From: Vicugna vicugna | Lineage: Eukaryota | Direction: 5' to 3' | NCBI GenBank assembly: GCA_013265495.1 | Contig: MU058009.1 | Span: 2,668,001 to 2,732,000, forward strand | DNA length: 64,000 nucleotides | Part shown: positions 24,471-38,265 of the stretch, piece by piece | Layout of the letters: each line of letters starts with the position of its first letter | How positions within the stretch are numbered: the first letter of the stretch is position 1 | The notes under the pieces: generated by a model | What the model saw: the letters and a program-made list of their open reading frames with translations, nothing else | Database searches by the model: none | Told to the model about the DNA's origin: nothing | Position numbers and translations under genes: made by a program

Positions 24471-27400
24471 TTTTGTCTTGCTGGTCAGAAGGCATTTTGG
24501 GGACCTTTGCCGACGGCAACTGGGAGACCAGAGCTTCGCTGGCCATGGAGCATGACGCTTAGGACTCAGGGTGGACTCGGCCTGGGCTTCTCCAAGAGAG
24601 GAGGGAGCCCTTGGGGAAGGTGACTTTACGGAAAGGGATGTGGGAGCCTGTGTCTTGAGCCTTTCGGAAGACATTGAGGCAGGAAACTCTTGTTTGGCAG
24701 AAAGAACAGTGAGATCTTAAAAGACCTTAAAGACATTGAATCTTCACGTAGAGATCTGGAGGTGGGTCTTAGCTGCTTTGTAGACGGACACACCTAGGTG
24801 GCAGTGGCCAGGTAGGCCTAGCAGCCAGGCCACCACCTCTCTGCCAGCGGGGACCCTACGTGTGCTGGAAGACCAGTGCACGCCAGGTTGCTGGCACTGA
24901 GTGGGTGCCGAGAGGCGGGCGCTATTTGGGGAAGGAGCTTTGCTGCTTTGCGAACAATGGCCGGCCTCGAACTTTCTCCTGCGATCCTGCCCTGCGCTGC
25001 GGCCGTCTCTCCTGTGTCAGGCCAGATTTTGATGGTCTCTCAAATCAGTTGCTTTCCCCAGGTGGCATCCTGATTGAGGGAGCTTGCAGAAGACCCGGTT
25101 CGGGGCTGCCAAGGTTCCGGCTGGGCACTTTTGTTTTCTCCACTCTTCCACCCGCTGTGTAGGTGTTTGGAAGCCCATGCTCCCCGGCAGCCTGGGGGCT
25201 TGGGTCTGTGTTCCCGCTGGGTCTCTGCCCTGCTGGAGGCAGATGCACCGGGCGGACACCTTCTGTTTTCCTCTCTGTAATTGCCATGTTTGTGAATCAC
25301 TGATAATTGCCTGTTGGGGTTCTAGACTCCTGCCTCCTCAGCAGAGGGTTTTTTCTTTGGTGTTTGTTATTTCAGGGCTGTTTTTCTTCCCTCCTCCAAG
25401 TCTTTGGTTCCTCCTGAATTCCCTTTCTGAGACTCTCTCCTGCTGACACTGGGAGAGCTGGGTCTCCTGGAGACACCTCACCACCCGTGCTCCACAGCCC
25501 CTCTGAGCTTCCACAGCCCCCCATAAGCCCTCGCTTACTTTCCCCTGTGGCCTCTGTTCATTTCTCACTTTCCATGACACTCATCCATTCTCCGCTCCAC
25601 TGGGCTCTTCCTTCCACTCCGAGTCTGCCATTTCCCTACGTGGATCACTCTGTCTTTTCTCTTGCCAAGCCCCATTGAACCAACTCCCTACCTTGTCCTG
25701 GGCTAGGCACGGTTGGAGGGGAGGCTCTCAAAGACAAATAAGATATGATTGTTTCCTTTAAGGAGCTTACACTCTTGAGAGCCATGCTGAGAGGTGTGTG
25801 CAAAAATGAGACGTGACTCGGTGTCCTGAAGGAAGTCGCCTGCGGCGCCCAAAGCTCACTTTGTTTCTCCAGGAAGTCTTCAGCTAGTCCTCCACTCCAC
25901 GCATGCCCAGAACTCTCACTCCCTGGATCGCCTTGCAGTGCCTGCCGTCAGGGTCTGCGGAGGCGGCCTTGACTTAGTTTCTGACCAGGAGGTGCAGCCG
26001 CCACGTCAGCTGAGCTGGCAGCTCTGGCTGGGTCATGCTGGGCCCCACAGAAGCACTGTTGCTTTTGCGTTCCTTGTTCCTGGTCACTTCCCTCCCTGCG
26101 TGGATGGAGAGGGGCTCTGTTTGATGGTGCTTGTTTCTGGCTGCCTCCTTCCCAAGGCTGATGACTCTGGCCCCTGCCCTACCTCCACCTATTCCTAAGT
26201 GAGAAGTGGCTGCCTCTGTGTTCCCCACTGTCTCCGGAGCCCTGGTGACACCTTGTTTCTGGGGACTGTGCGCACCCTGCCTGCATGAGAGCAAGCACAC
26301 CGGTGCCAGTTGTCATGCCTATGAACAAGGGCGGGGACGCCTGCTCACTGATTGTCTTGGCCCTCGTGGAACCCTCACTGGTGGCTCGGAAGCCGCCTCC
26401 TTCCTAAGTCAGTATTGCCCCGGTAGGACTCAGCACCCTTCAGCAGGCGGAGGCCAGGCCTGCAAAATGGGGTGTGATGAGATCAAAATCAGATGCTGTG
26501 GGGGCTGTCGGGAGTGCCAGCTCTTTGTAAGTCAGTCAGACATTCACTCATCTTCAGGACAAATACCTATCAGGTGACCACAGACGGAGCATGTGCCAGC
26601 TACTGGGCAGCGGCCCCGAGAAAGACCCCACACAGTCCCTGCCTTCAGGGAACGCCCAGAGTCGTGTGGGATGCAGGGAATTAAATTCTGTGTGGTAAGT
26701 ACTGGGTTCTGGAGAAGCCAAAGGGAGCCACTTAGGGTGGGCGCCTAACCCAGGCTTGACGGGCCAGGGTGGGTGACTCGTGGCCAGAGGCCATCTGTGA
26801 CGTGGTGGCAGGAGTGTCCGACGTGGAGCCAAGACCTGGGCCACCACTGTCCTCCCGGGTGATCTCAGCGGTGTTACCTCGTCCCTCTAAGCCTCAGTGT
26901 CTGTGGCTGTGAAACGGGGATGACATATGTGTTACAGGTTTGTTGCGAAGATTGAAAGGGCTACTTAACATGAAAGCCCTTTGTAAGTTGCAGCGTGGTC
27001 TACGAATCGCAGTGTTTCAGTTTCTGAGTTGGAAAAGCCTCGAGACAAGCAGGAAGGTGATTTCGTATCAGCAGGATGCTCGGGAAGAGGCTGAGAAGCG
27101 GGGGTGGGGTGGGGGTGGGGGTTGTGCTGACCGCGCAGCCTGCTGAACACACGCGATCACTTCGAGGAGTGTCAGGGAATCAGCATCCCAGCGACGGAGA
27201 CCCTCTTCCTGTGGTCCCAGGTTTCATCTCCCTCCCTTTACGTGGCTTCTAGAGAAAGGTCCTCCTGTGAAAGGGAAGGGGGAGCTGAGACCTACTGTAA
27301 CTGGCTGCTCATCCCTTTCTCCTCCCATCACATGAAACAAAACACTTCCTTCTTTCTCGGTTCTCCGAGCATGTGCTGGCCTCTCCGGAAGGGGCAGGCC

Positions 27401-28814
27401 CTGTGCTGGAAGGTGTGTGCAGGGGTGAGAGGAGAGCAGGGGAGGTGGTAAGCATGGGAACTAGCCTGCCCTCCGCTGGTCCTGGGAGACCTGGGCATTC
27501 CTGGCCCTCATTCAGGAGACGGGAAACTGAGGGTGAGAGAAGGCAGCACTAGCTTGACAGCTGCTCAGGTAGGAAGCCGAAGTCTCCTGCGACCCCTGCA
27601 GATTGTCCTGGGGTGGGTCTGCCCAGAGCCGGCTCCTCTGTGGGGCCCCGTCGCGCCTGCCTGGCCTCTCACTGTCAGCTGTGGCCAGTGGCCGCCGTGG
27701 TCCTGGAGTTCCTCTGGTATCAGTTCCTTCTCTGGCAGTGGTTCTGCCCAGGTGGTTGGCTCATGTCTCTCCTAAGAGAGGAAGTCTGTTCTTAGAAGAA
27801 GAGCGAGGGTGTGACCAGCCCCTGAGGAACCCAGGTCCCAGAGATGTGGCTTCTGGCCTTGTGCACATACGACGGGAGCGTTCAGAGCTCTGATAGTCGT
27901 TGCTGGTGCTTACTGAGCATATAGCATGTGTTGTACCTCTTAGACCTTTTTACAGGCGGGGAAGGGGGAGCACAGAGAGGCTGAGTGACTTGCCTAAGGG
28001 CGCAGCGCAAAACAGCAGTGGGGTTGGGGTTTGCACCCAGGCAGTGCGGCTGTGCTGTGTTCTCCCTGGACTGCTGCGGTGCAGGGTGGCGCTCTCCGCC
28101 CAGAGGGCTCTAGGAGGGATTTACGTCTAAGAGTAAGAGTTGGTTTGATTTGGGTAAGAAACTGGATTTCTCTTCTTAGGATTTTTCTGAGATGCCTGGC
28201 GCTTAGCAAAATTCCGATAACCATTTGATTATAGGAGTGGGAAATAGGAACTTCTGAGCGTCTCAGGGAATGCTCACTCTGGCTGGTGGGGGTGAGAAGG
28301 GTGTTTGGAATTTGCTCAGAGCTCATGGGCAGTAATTGCCCTTTTTCTTTGCTAAGAACTTTTCTAGAAGCAGATCCCTACTGAAAATTCTGTCTTGGAA
28401 TCTCGTATCATCAGAATTAGCAACAGAAACCTTAAGATCCTTGTGATAGTTGGCTAACAAACAGGTCAGAGTCTTGGGTCCTTGTCTCTCCGAGTTGGTG
28501 GTGACGGTGGTGAAAAGGTGAGGAATTTGATGACAGTCGTTGCTCCCCGGCACTAAATATGTGCACTTCTGTTCACCCTCTGTGTTCTCACAGCATCCGT
28601 ATGAGAGCAATGCCTAGTTTATGGATGAGATGACTGAGGCTCAAAGGGTTTGCATAATAGCCCCAAGGCAGTTAGAAGTGGAGCAAAGGTTCAAACCTAG
28701 ATCTGAGCGACTTCAAAGCCTGGAGTCTTAACAGCAAAGCCATTATATACAGCTGTGTTCCAAAGACGTGGAGGTTGAAACTCACCCCCAGCAAAATCCG
28801 AGAACACATCTTTA

Positions 28815-29721
28815 TTTATTTATTTTTAAACTTTTTTTTGAGTTATAGTCATTTTCCAATGTTGTGTCAAATTCCAGTGTAGAGCACCATTTTTCAGTTT
28901 TACATGAACATACTTATATTCATCGTCACATTTTTTTTCACTGTGAGCTACCACAAGAGCTTGTATATATTTCCCTGTGCTATATAGTATAATCTTGTTT
29001 ATCTACTCTACATTTTGAAATCCCAGTCTGTCCCTTCCCATCCCCCACTCCCTTGGCAACCACGAGTTTGTATTCTATGTCTGTGAGTCTGTTTCTGTTT
29101 TGTATTTATGTTCTTTTTTTTTTTTCAGATTCTACATACGAGCGATCTCGTATGGTATTTTTCTTTCTCTTTGTGTCTTACTTCACTTAGAATGACATTC
29201 TCCGGGAACATTCATGTTGCTGCAAATGGTGTTATGTTGTCATTTTTTATGGCCGAATGGTATTCCATTGTATAAATATACCACATCTTCTTTATCCAGT
29301 CATCTGTTGATGGACCTTTAGGCTGTTTCCATGTCTTGGCTATTGTAAATAGTGCTGCTATGAACATTGGGGTGCAGGTGTCATTTTGAAGTAGGGTTTC
29401 TTCTGGGTAAATGCCCAGGAGCAGGATTTCTGGGTCATACGGTAAATCTATTCTTAGTCTGTTGAGGAATCTCCACACTGTTTTCCACAGTGGCTGCACC
29501 AAACTGCATTCCCACCAGCAGTGTAGGAGGGTTCCCTTTTCTCCACAGCCTTTCCAGCATTTGTCATTTGTGGACTTTTGAATGATGGCCATTCTGACTG
29601 GTGTGAGGTGATACCTCATTGCAGTTTTGATTTGCATTTCTCTGATAATTAGTGATATGAGCATTTTTTCATGTGGCTGTTGATCATTTGCATTTCTTCC
29701 TTGGAGAGTTGCTTGTTTAGT
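28815..29721 (-). mobile_element. Young 5'-truncated L1 with ORF2 C-terminus
   Basis: ORF 29212..29664(-) [13 protein letters not shown]...[16 protein letters not shown]...[13 protein letters not shown]; perfect 15-bp TSD gagaacacatcttta at 28800-28814 and 29722-29736. Confidence 0.95.
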
Positions 29722-31536
29722 GAGAACACATCTTTAAGTGGAGAACCGACACCAGGTGCCAGCACAGGTCCGCTCCAGACCTCTCACACCAAGCTTGTCT
29801 GGTTTCTCGTTTGATGAGGTTACTCACCTGGTAGACCAGGAGACTGGCTAGAAATGGGCTTCAACAAGGCTTTGAACAAATGGTAGCTTTATTTGTTACA
29901 CACATGATCAAAAAGAAGCCACCTACCCAAGCCAACGTATCAGGTTGTTTACATTTTTGGGGACTCTTCCAGTCTTTGCCACACGCATAGGTTTTACCTA
30001 GTTTGTGGCTGTTCACGTACTGATGCTCTGGGAGGTGTATCCGTCTCCTGTCTGCTGGGTGGTGCGGTGGAAGACTGGGGGATGGAGGAGAGTGAGGTCC
30101 GGGGGTTGTGTCTGAGCAGCTGTGCCTAAGAGAGTCCCCTCATGCCTCCAAGTCACTCTGGGTGGTGGCCTGGGGCTGTCCCCGACTCCCTCCTGAGTCC
30201 TGTATCCTTTCTTATTTAGTAACAGCTCTGATGAGGTCTTTGTTTGCTTATCAGCTTTGTATATGACACCTTACTGGGAGGGAAAGGTGAATACCTTGGA
30301 TGACACAGTTGTGAGTCAGAAGAAGGGCAGCCTGCGTGAGAGGTTGCCGAGAACTGCACTGTGTCCGTCTGCACTGGGAGGACGTGCACCGCTCTGACTG
30401 TGGACACAAAACCCCCACCCTCCCAGGGCTGGGACCTGAGGAGCCCCGGGAGGTCCTGGAGTAAGGGAGGCCCTGGAGTAAGCGGGACACCACAGCAGAT
30501 CCTGAATTTCCAGTTGAAAGCCAGGCATGTAATGTGGCTCCCTAAAATGCAGAGTAAGTATCCCCCTTCCCATGAAGTTTTTATTTGGTTGTACCTTTTA
30601 AAATTATGATTAAAAAGGCTAATATGTACATCTTTAAAGAGCATTTGGCTGACTGAGATAAGTAGAAAGAATTTTAAAAATGGGGAAAGTACCCTAGAGA
30701 GGCATTTTAATATTTTCTAAAAAAAACCTGCTTTTTTTTCTGATTATGAAAGTTAGGATCTTATGGTCAAATAGAGCCTGGGAATCTCCACATTTAAATA
30801 AACTGTTCAAGGGTACCTCACTGATGTGAGAAGTCTGACTTCTCAATAGCTGCCAAGGTTAGTGTTGACTAGAGATGTATTTGATTTTGAAGAGATTTAA
30901 ACATGTTTGCCCCAAAATTAAACTTCAGAAATTTAGGGTCAAAAAACAAATTAGGAAAGGACTTTTTTTTTTTTTTAAAGTTGAGCAATACACAAATGTA
31001 CACAGTGAAATTTCTCTGAAATTCTTTCCCCCAGGTTATAAAACCTTGGAATAGTTTGGTTTCTCGTCTCCAACAGTCTTCCATGCGTATACTAATATTT
31101 ATGTGGATATTAATGTATATGTGTGTGTACGTGTATTCTCCCCAAAATGGAATCATAACGTCATTCCTGTTCTACAGCTGAGGACATGGTTGTCATGAAT
31201 TAATTCATCACACATTTATTACGTATCTTAACCCATGCTAGAATTGTGGAGCAAGACACAGCCCCCACTCCTCTCCCTCATCCTTAAGGAGCAGGTGGTT
31301 GACTTTGAGACACTGAGTGACTTGGATGGAGGCTTGGGGGATAGGAAACCAGAGGACGTCACCTGTCACCTAAAACAGTGGGGGACAGACTTTCCTTGGC
31401 AGCTTCGCAGAGGAGGTGCCTGAGCTGAGTTCAGAAGAGTGGGAAGTGCCCAGATACTTTGACTTTTTTTTCATTTAACATTATAGTTTAGAGATTTTTT
31501 TCCATGTTACCACCACCTCTTTGAAAAACCATTCTT

Positions 31537-31863
31537 TTTTTTTTTTTTTTAAATTGAAGTACCATCAGTTACAATGTGTCAATTTCTGGTGTACAGCACA
31601 ACGTCCCAGTCATGAATATACATACATACATTCGTTTTCATATTTTTTATTAAAGGTTATTACAGGATACTGGACATAGTTCCCTGTACTATACAGCAGA
31701 AACTTTAAAAAAATCTATTTTTATATATGGTGGCTAACATTTGTAAGTCTCAAATTCCCATATTTTCCCTTCCCACCCCCTTTTCCTGGTAACTGTAAGA
31801 TTGTTTGCTAAGTCCGAGTCTGTTTCGGTCTTGTAGATGAGTTCACAGTGTCCTTTTTTTTCC
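31537..31863 (-). mobile_element. Truncated L1 3'UTR with poly(A)
   Basis: Poly-T then L1 3'UTR; TSD tgaaaaaccattctt (31522-31536) / tgaaaaaccgttctt (31864-31878). Confidence 0.85.
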
Positions 31864-32535
31864 TGAAAAACCGTTCTTGGTTGCTGTGTCAATGCTCATC
31901 AAGTGGATATGTCAGTCTGTGTTACTATATTTTTATTATTTGTGTTTGCTAATTGACTGTATTTTTGGACGATTAATGGAAACAAAGGGAATTGAAGAAC
32001 AGCCCTTACGGGGCAACGCTGGTCAGATCCCATTCGGATTATGTTGTTCAATTCTGGGTTCCTTGTCTTAATGGAAATATTGCTACTTCATGGTTGCCTG
32101 AGATAGCCAGAGGTTTAGAAAACACTGTGAACCACTGAGTTGAGCATTTTAGCCAGAGAAAGAGCAGACTCTGAGGAGGATTTCAGGAGCTGCTCTGACC
32201 CGGAGGAATTAGGCTGGATCTATTGCGGTGCTAATGTGCAGGGCTGTTGTGATGCTGATTGCTGGCAGGGGAGGAAGAACTTAGTAATGTGGGCACTCCT
32301 GAAAATACTCTGTCCCCCAGCAAGGGTGGCCTGGGAAGATGGGAGATGGGATGACGTCTGAACTGTTTGTGCTCTAAGAATCTGATTCCCAGAACGCGGT
32401 TCCGCGGTTCTCTCTCCTGTCCTTCTACTTCCTCCACAGGATTCTGGCTGCAGTTGTGGACCGGGGCCTCCGGGCGCCATCCTGTGTTTGCATATTTAGG
32501 CCTTTCTTCCAGACAGCTAGATTTGTAGCTTGATT

Positions 32536-32590
32536 TTTTTTTTTAACATTTTTTTTTATTGAGCTACAGTTATTTTACAATGTTGTGTCA
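32536..32590 (-). mobile_element. Extremely 5'-truncated L1 (~55 bp)
   Basis: Resembles the 3' end of the L1 at ~28830-28870; 17-bp TSD agatttgtagcttgatt / agatttgtaccttgatt. Confidence 0.8.
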
Positions 32591-32729
32591 AGATTTGTAC
32601 CTTGATTAACCGGCCTGGGAGCTACTGAAGAGGTGGGAGGGGTGTTTCTGAATGTAGTCAGTTCCAGGAGGCCAGTGCGCTTGGGGTGTTTCCCCTGACT
32701 TCTGGAGAGACTACCAAGGCAGCTGTTAA

Positions 32730-33420
32730 AAAAGGCTGAATGGTGCCGTGGAGTACTACTCAGAAGTGAAAAGGAGCGAATGCAGTGGCTGCACTGATGC
32801 TCCGGGGAATTTTGCTGAGTGAGAAGAGCCAGCCATCCCCAAAGATTCTACACTGGATGGTCCATTTATACAGCAGGTTTTTAAATTGAAATTTCCAAGT
32901 ACTTTACTTTTTTAATTCTTACTTTTTTACTGAAGTGCGGTTGGTTTACAATGTTAGTTTCAAGTGTACAGCAAAGCCATTCAGTTATACATATATATTA
33001 CATGTATATATATTTTCAGATTCTTTTCCATTATAGCTATCATTTTTGAAATGACAATTTTAGAGCTGGCTGGTGGGTGGGGGGGCAGAAGGGAGGTGGG
33101 TATGGTTGCTAAAGGGCAGCAGGAAGGATCCTTAAGTTGGAATCGTTCAGAATCTTGACTGTTGGTAGATACAGAAGCCGACACCAGTAGTAAAATTGTG
33201 TGAAATTTAATATTTACACACAAGTGGGTACAAGTGAAAGGGGAACTCTGAGTGAGGTCCGTGGGTCACATCAGTGTCGTGGCATTATAATACAGTCCTA
33301 CGGGATGTTATCATTGGCGGAAACTGGGCCAAGTGTACGAGGGCTCTCGATACTGTTTCTTACAACTGCACCTGAGTTTACAATGATCTCAACACAAAAG
33401 CCAGTAACTAACTAAGAAAG
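32730..33420 (+). mobile_element. Old L1M-type 3' fragment with a nested minus-strand L1 tail (~32880-33040)
   Basis: ggagtactactcagaagtgaaaagga...ctgtttcttacaactgca...caatgatctcaa is L1M 3'UTR-like. Confidence 0.6.
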
Positions 33421-36400
33421 CAGTAGCCTTTGAAATCAGCACGTGGGCTCAGTGAAAAGTCAAGAAAAAGAATGGAAAGAAGTTTCACCTTCTTTTCCTG
33501 AGGCGAAGGGGCATCCTCTTAGCTTTCTTGCTTGGTTTCTGGGGGAATCTGCCTGGTTGTGCCCCTGTGGGCAGATGCTTCTGCTCCCAGTCAGGTGACT
33601 GGGGCAGGAGAAAGGAGGGAGTGGCTGGACCAGGATGAGGATCTCTGGCCAAAAAGGACAGGGTGATCAAAGAGCCTGGCTGGGGAGTCTCTCATCTGTG
33701 ATCTTGGAGCCCATCTGAGATGGAATTCTCTGGTTGGAATTACAAGAGGCTGTGTCCTGGGGGAAGCATTTAACTGAAGACTGGGAGAGTCGAAACTTGG
33801 GTGTCTTGGGAATAGCAGGTAACCGGGCCGGCTGACACTAGAGAGCTTGGGGAGGGGGGCTGTCAGCAGGACCTTTGGGTGTTGACTGAGCATTCTCTCC
33901 CCTTCCAGGGGTGGACACAAGTCTGGAAAGTTCCCTAGGGCCTGGTATCTCCTTTGGGTAGGCGACTTAAGAGTCTGGCTATGGAGAGAGAAGTCCTTCA
34001 GTCAATCAAAAAAAAAAAAAAAGGATAAAGTGCTAACTCTGGGCAAGGTCAAGGGTAGGAGGAGGGCTGGAGAAGAAACAATACCCGGAGGGCCCCCTAG
34101 GACCACCTGTCCACCCCCTGTGGCAGTGAGGGGACCTGATGCCAAGTGGGGCATGCAGCTCTAAGGCAGGGGAGGTCCCGGGGAGAAAGCCTGTGGTCTG
34201 AGATGGTCCTCGGAGGTCTCCTGGAAGATCTTGGCCTTGGTCTGTGTTCTCAGGGGCAGGCTGTGCTTGGTAGGTGGTGAGGAGCCAAACCTTTCTGAGT
34301 GGCAGGATGGGACCAGCCTCCCTCTTCCTCACAGGTCTGGGGGCCTCCAGCTGGGACGGGGTTTGCACCCCCAGCCCAGTGTTGAAGGGGTGGAAGTCCA
34401 CGTGCAGTGGTGGGCCACAGCATGCCAGTCTTTCGGGCCCAGGAAGCGGTTTTGAGGTAGATAGTTTTGCTGAGTGTTCTCCAAGACCGGTCACCTCCGA
34501 GCTTCAGTTTCTCGTCTGCAGAGCTGTGGGGAGCGATCAGCTTTCCCCCTGAGAAACAGAGTGTCCTGAGAATGCTGACTTTGGAGTCAAATCTGGGTCT
34601 GAAATTCAGCCCTGCCGCTTTGTAGCTTTCTGGGTTTTAGATAAGTTACCCTCTTTTAACCCATTTCCTCTTCTAAAAGTGTAAGAATTAGAGATGAGAT
34701 ATTTGAAAAGTGCCCATCGTGGCACAGAGATGCACAAAAATACTGATTATGCTTGGCCTGGCCTTTGCAGAGTCACAGAGGCAGTGAGTATGCTGGCCCC
34801 TCGGGAGTGGTCGTGGCAGCCTGGAGCCTCCGTGGCTTCCGTCCATGTGCAGGCCCCTTCCCCACGGCCGCCCGGGGCCTCGGCTTCCTCACCGTCTAAG
34901 TCGGTGGTTTGAAACTCTTTCACCTTTTAGGACAATGTCTCCAGGAACACAGACCAGAGCCCTTGGTCCTACTTCCCCTTCAACCAGTCCATTTATTGTT
35001 TATCATTTTGAGGTGCTGCAAAAATTGCAGTTGAAGTAAGATTTTAAAGTTTTAAAAAATATGTTCTGGAAGTGGCCGGAACTCTGTGTGTAAACCGAAA
35101 CTCGGAGTCTGGAAGTGGTCTGTCAGACTCACTGGCTTTGCAGCATAATCGCCTCTGGGCTTTCTCCCCCAACACCCCACCCCCCAGGCCAGGCACTGCC
35201 TCCCCAGTGGAGGCGGGGGAGGAGCGGGCCGGGCAGGGAGCGGGAGGCCTTCCCAGTGTCCCCTGTCAGGGCAGCGTGACCAGAGGGCGGTGGACATGGG
35301 CCTTCCTGGCTCTTGGAGGCCTGCTTTGTACACGTGGGCTGTTAAGGCTTTCTGTTTGTTTCATTCTAATGTTTGAACTCCACCTGCTCCGCCAGACCCC
35401 AAGGAGGAATGGGGCCTGCCTGGCTTTGGGCAGATGGGTGGACAGTGGGTGGAGGAAGCAAAATCGAAGGGAAACAGTAGGTAGGCCTGTCGTTAGCAGC
35501 TAATTATGTTTTACAACACCTCTATGGAGGAGGCTGTAAGAGGTTATTAACCCACTTTTAAGAGGAGAAAACTGAGGCTCAGGGAGAAATACTTGCCCCA
35601 GTGGCTCAGGGTTCTTGCCCTTGACTCTCATAAAAGAAAGACGAGGCTTGTGTCCGAGGGGTCTGGTTGCAGGCGTGTGTGGTCCCATTCCCATGGTGGT
35701 GTGGGCGGGGCTGTGGGCAGGGCTGGGAGTAGGGAGGGGACACGGGCATGAAACCTGCAGGAGCCGGACACTGGCTGGCAGAGAACCACTGGGTCCTGTG
35801 CTGACGATGCCCACGCTCGGCTGAGTCAGGCCCCTGGGACTTTCCAGCCTGCTCTGACCAGGTGTGCAGAGTTTTGATTGATTTCCTGCAGTGGGAGCTG
35901 TTGGCTCTGGGTCAGCTTCTGTTCCCCTAGAGGCCTTGGGGTCACAGATCTGCAGGTAATTCCGGATCCTCCGTAGGGCCCCACAGCTCACCTGTTTCCC
36001 AGCAGCTCCTAATTCTTGTGGGGGACAGTGACGGGGTCGAAGGGCAAGGGTGAGAGGGTCGAGTAACAAAAAGGCAGAGGGTTTAGGAAGCCTGCCACCC
36101 GCTGACCAATCTTGGCTGATAGCATATGTCGGCAGTAATCTGGTGGCAGCCTCAGGGACTTCTGGGTGGTGCTTATAACCTATCGTGGGAGGGTCCTGGG
36201 CGTGAAAGCAAGTCCAGCCTCTTACAACATGTACCTTGTATCCCAGGTGGTTGCTTAAAATAGGCTGACTGAAACTGACATGACCCCGCCGGCTCCTCTC
36301 ACAGTGGTGGGAAGCAGGTGAGCCAGGCCGGCAGCCTCCTAGAAATGGCAGGCGGCAGTGTTCTCTCACGGTCAAGTTCCTGCGAATGACCTGGGACACC

Positions 36401-36985
36401 GGTTAAACTTCCAGACCCTGCCCCTGCCCTGCTGCATCAGAATCTCCAGGGAGAGGGGCTTGGAAATCTGGGTGCTGAGCAAGCACTGTGCTTCTTTTAT
36501 TGTATTTTTTAATCATTATTTTTCATGGGAAATGCTAGGGTGGTGCGGTCAGTGGGAACCGGAGCCTCCTGTTTCTTGAGAATCTGGCTTCTTGTGGGAT
36601 CAGTTGGCCCAGCCTGGTGAGTGGGTGGATTCTGATGTGGCTTTCTCTTCCCTTTTCCTTTGTCGCTTTGGTCATCCTGGGATGAGCAAATCAGGTGTCC
36701 TCTCGGTGCTGGTCATTGTGCTGGGCGGGGACTGCAGTGGCTGCAGGAAGTCCCCGCCCTTGGGAGCTGGGAGTCCTCACAGCTGCCTGAGTGTTTTTGT
36801 GGGTGCTGATTAACTGAAAAGAGCCATCTAAGTAGGGCCCCTCCTGCCTGGAGACAGAGTCCCTTCCTAACCAGCAACTTGAAGCAGGGGCCTTTCTCCA
36901 GTTTCATCCCTCGTGTCCCTGGGCCACGCGTTGTACTGTGCTCAGCATCGCCCAGGATGGCGAAAGCTGTGTTAAGTTTTGGAAT

Positions 36986-37066
36986 TCACTCCTTGCTCTG
37001 TTGTCTCTGGTGGCCTTGAGCCATGCTGAGTTTCTGGGGACTCTGGCCAGGATCTAACTCAAACTG
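36986..37066 (+). repeat. Direct repeat copy 1 (81 bp)
   Basis: 73/81 identical to 38266-38346, ungapped. Confidence 0.9.
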
Positions 37067-38265
37067 ACATCAGGGAGCAGCCAGGAGAGTTAATCCTGGC
37101 TTTGTCTTTCCCTTGGAGAATGAAGGCATCTTCAAGGTGCCAAGGAATGTGTCCTCACTTGGAAAGCCATTGCTGATGCTCAGACTGTTTCTTGCCTGAA
37201 CCATCTCAAGGATATTTTATGGTTCTCATGACTGTGGCTGCGGGGGTGACATCGTGGAATTGAAATCTGTCCCATCTGGTGGTGGGTACACGGCGTCACC
37301 AGACCTGTGAGTGAAGCGTGCCTGCTGCAAGTCAGCTGGGGGGTTGGCAGTGGCACCTGAAGCCAGCCACCCCTGTCCTCCTGCCAGTGACATCACCTCT
37401 GCCCTTTGACCTTGATCTTCAGCACCAGAAGCACATCACCAGGTGTTCTGGGAGGGCCTCTCACGGCCCCTTCCTGGGCTCCTGGCAACCTCTTTAGTCT
37501 TCAGGTTCACCTCCTGCCTTCCTGGCAGATCACATCCAAACTTGGCCAAATCAGGAACAATCTTTAAAAAAAAAAAAAAGAGTCCAGCGTGAAGACTTCT
37601 TTTCTCCCCATCTGCTTTGACTGGAGTCTTGTGTGGATTTTTGGGTCGTTGGTATTATTTCTGTTATTTATGAATGTGAACACTTACCAGTAGCTTTTCT
37701 CCTTTGAGGACCACACTGAGCTGCCAGTGGTGCGTTCTGGCTTCGGATCCACTGGTGCCTGGAGCCGGGGGAGAGCAGGTCCTGATGAGCACACAGCAGG
37801 TGCCAGGTCATCAGTGTGTTCTTGAGGAGCAGGCGAAGAAGGGTCTTCTCCCACGGGAGGTTCAGTGGTGGACTTGGACACTGAGTTTGTCTGCTTAGCA
37901 TTGGGCTTTCAGCCCTGGCGAGTTTCTTAATGGGAGTAAGGTGACTACGAGGATCTTTCCCGTAGCATCAAATGAAATGTACCTTTTTCTTTTTACCTTC
38001 TGGAAGTGATTTTTTTGCCCAACCACTGGGGCTGGACCACTCGGGGAGGATACACATCATTTGCACTGGTGTGCTTACAACAGCAGAAATATGGTCTTCT
38101 CCCCTCCTGAAGTTTTGGACAGCACCCCCTCTATTGCTCCAGGAAGCTGGGTGGGGATGGTGATCTGATCTGGCCCCTGCAACCTTCCCCTTGGGTTCTC
38201 CCCCTTTGTCTCTCCAGGGGCTTCACTCTGCATGTAGCCCTGAGGCCCATCTGTCCTCCAAGAAG

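Noticed and set aside
23568..24674. Long ORFs (294-351 aa) on both strands
   Set aside because: They run through 304 Ns in a stop-poor CpG island; artefacts.
35500..36399. 299-aa minus-strand ORF in ST14 intron 1
   Set aside because: Low-information Pro/Ser/Gly-rich translation, no family motif, overlaps MIR/MER-like sequence.
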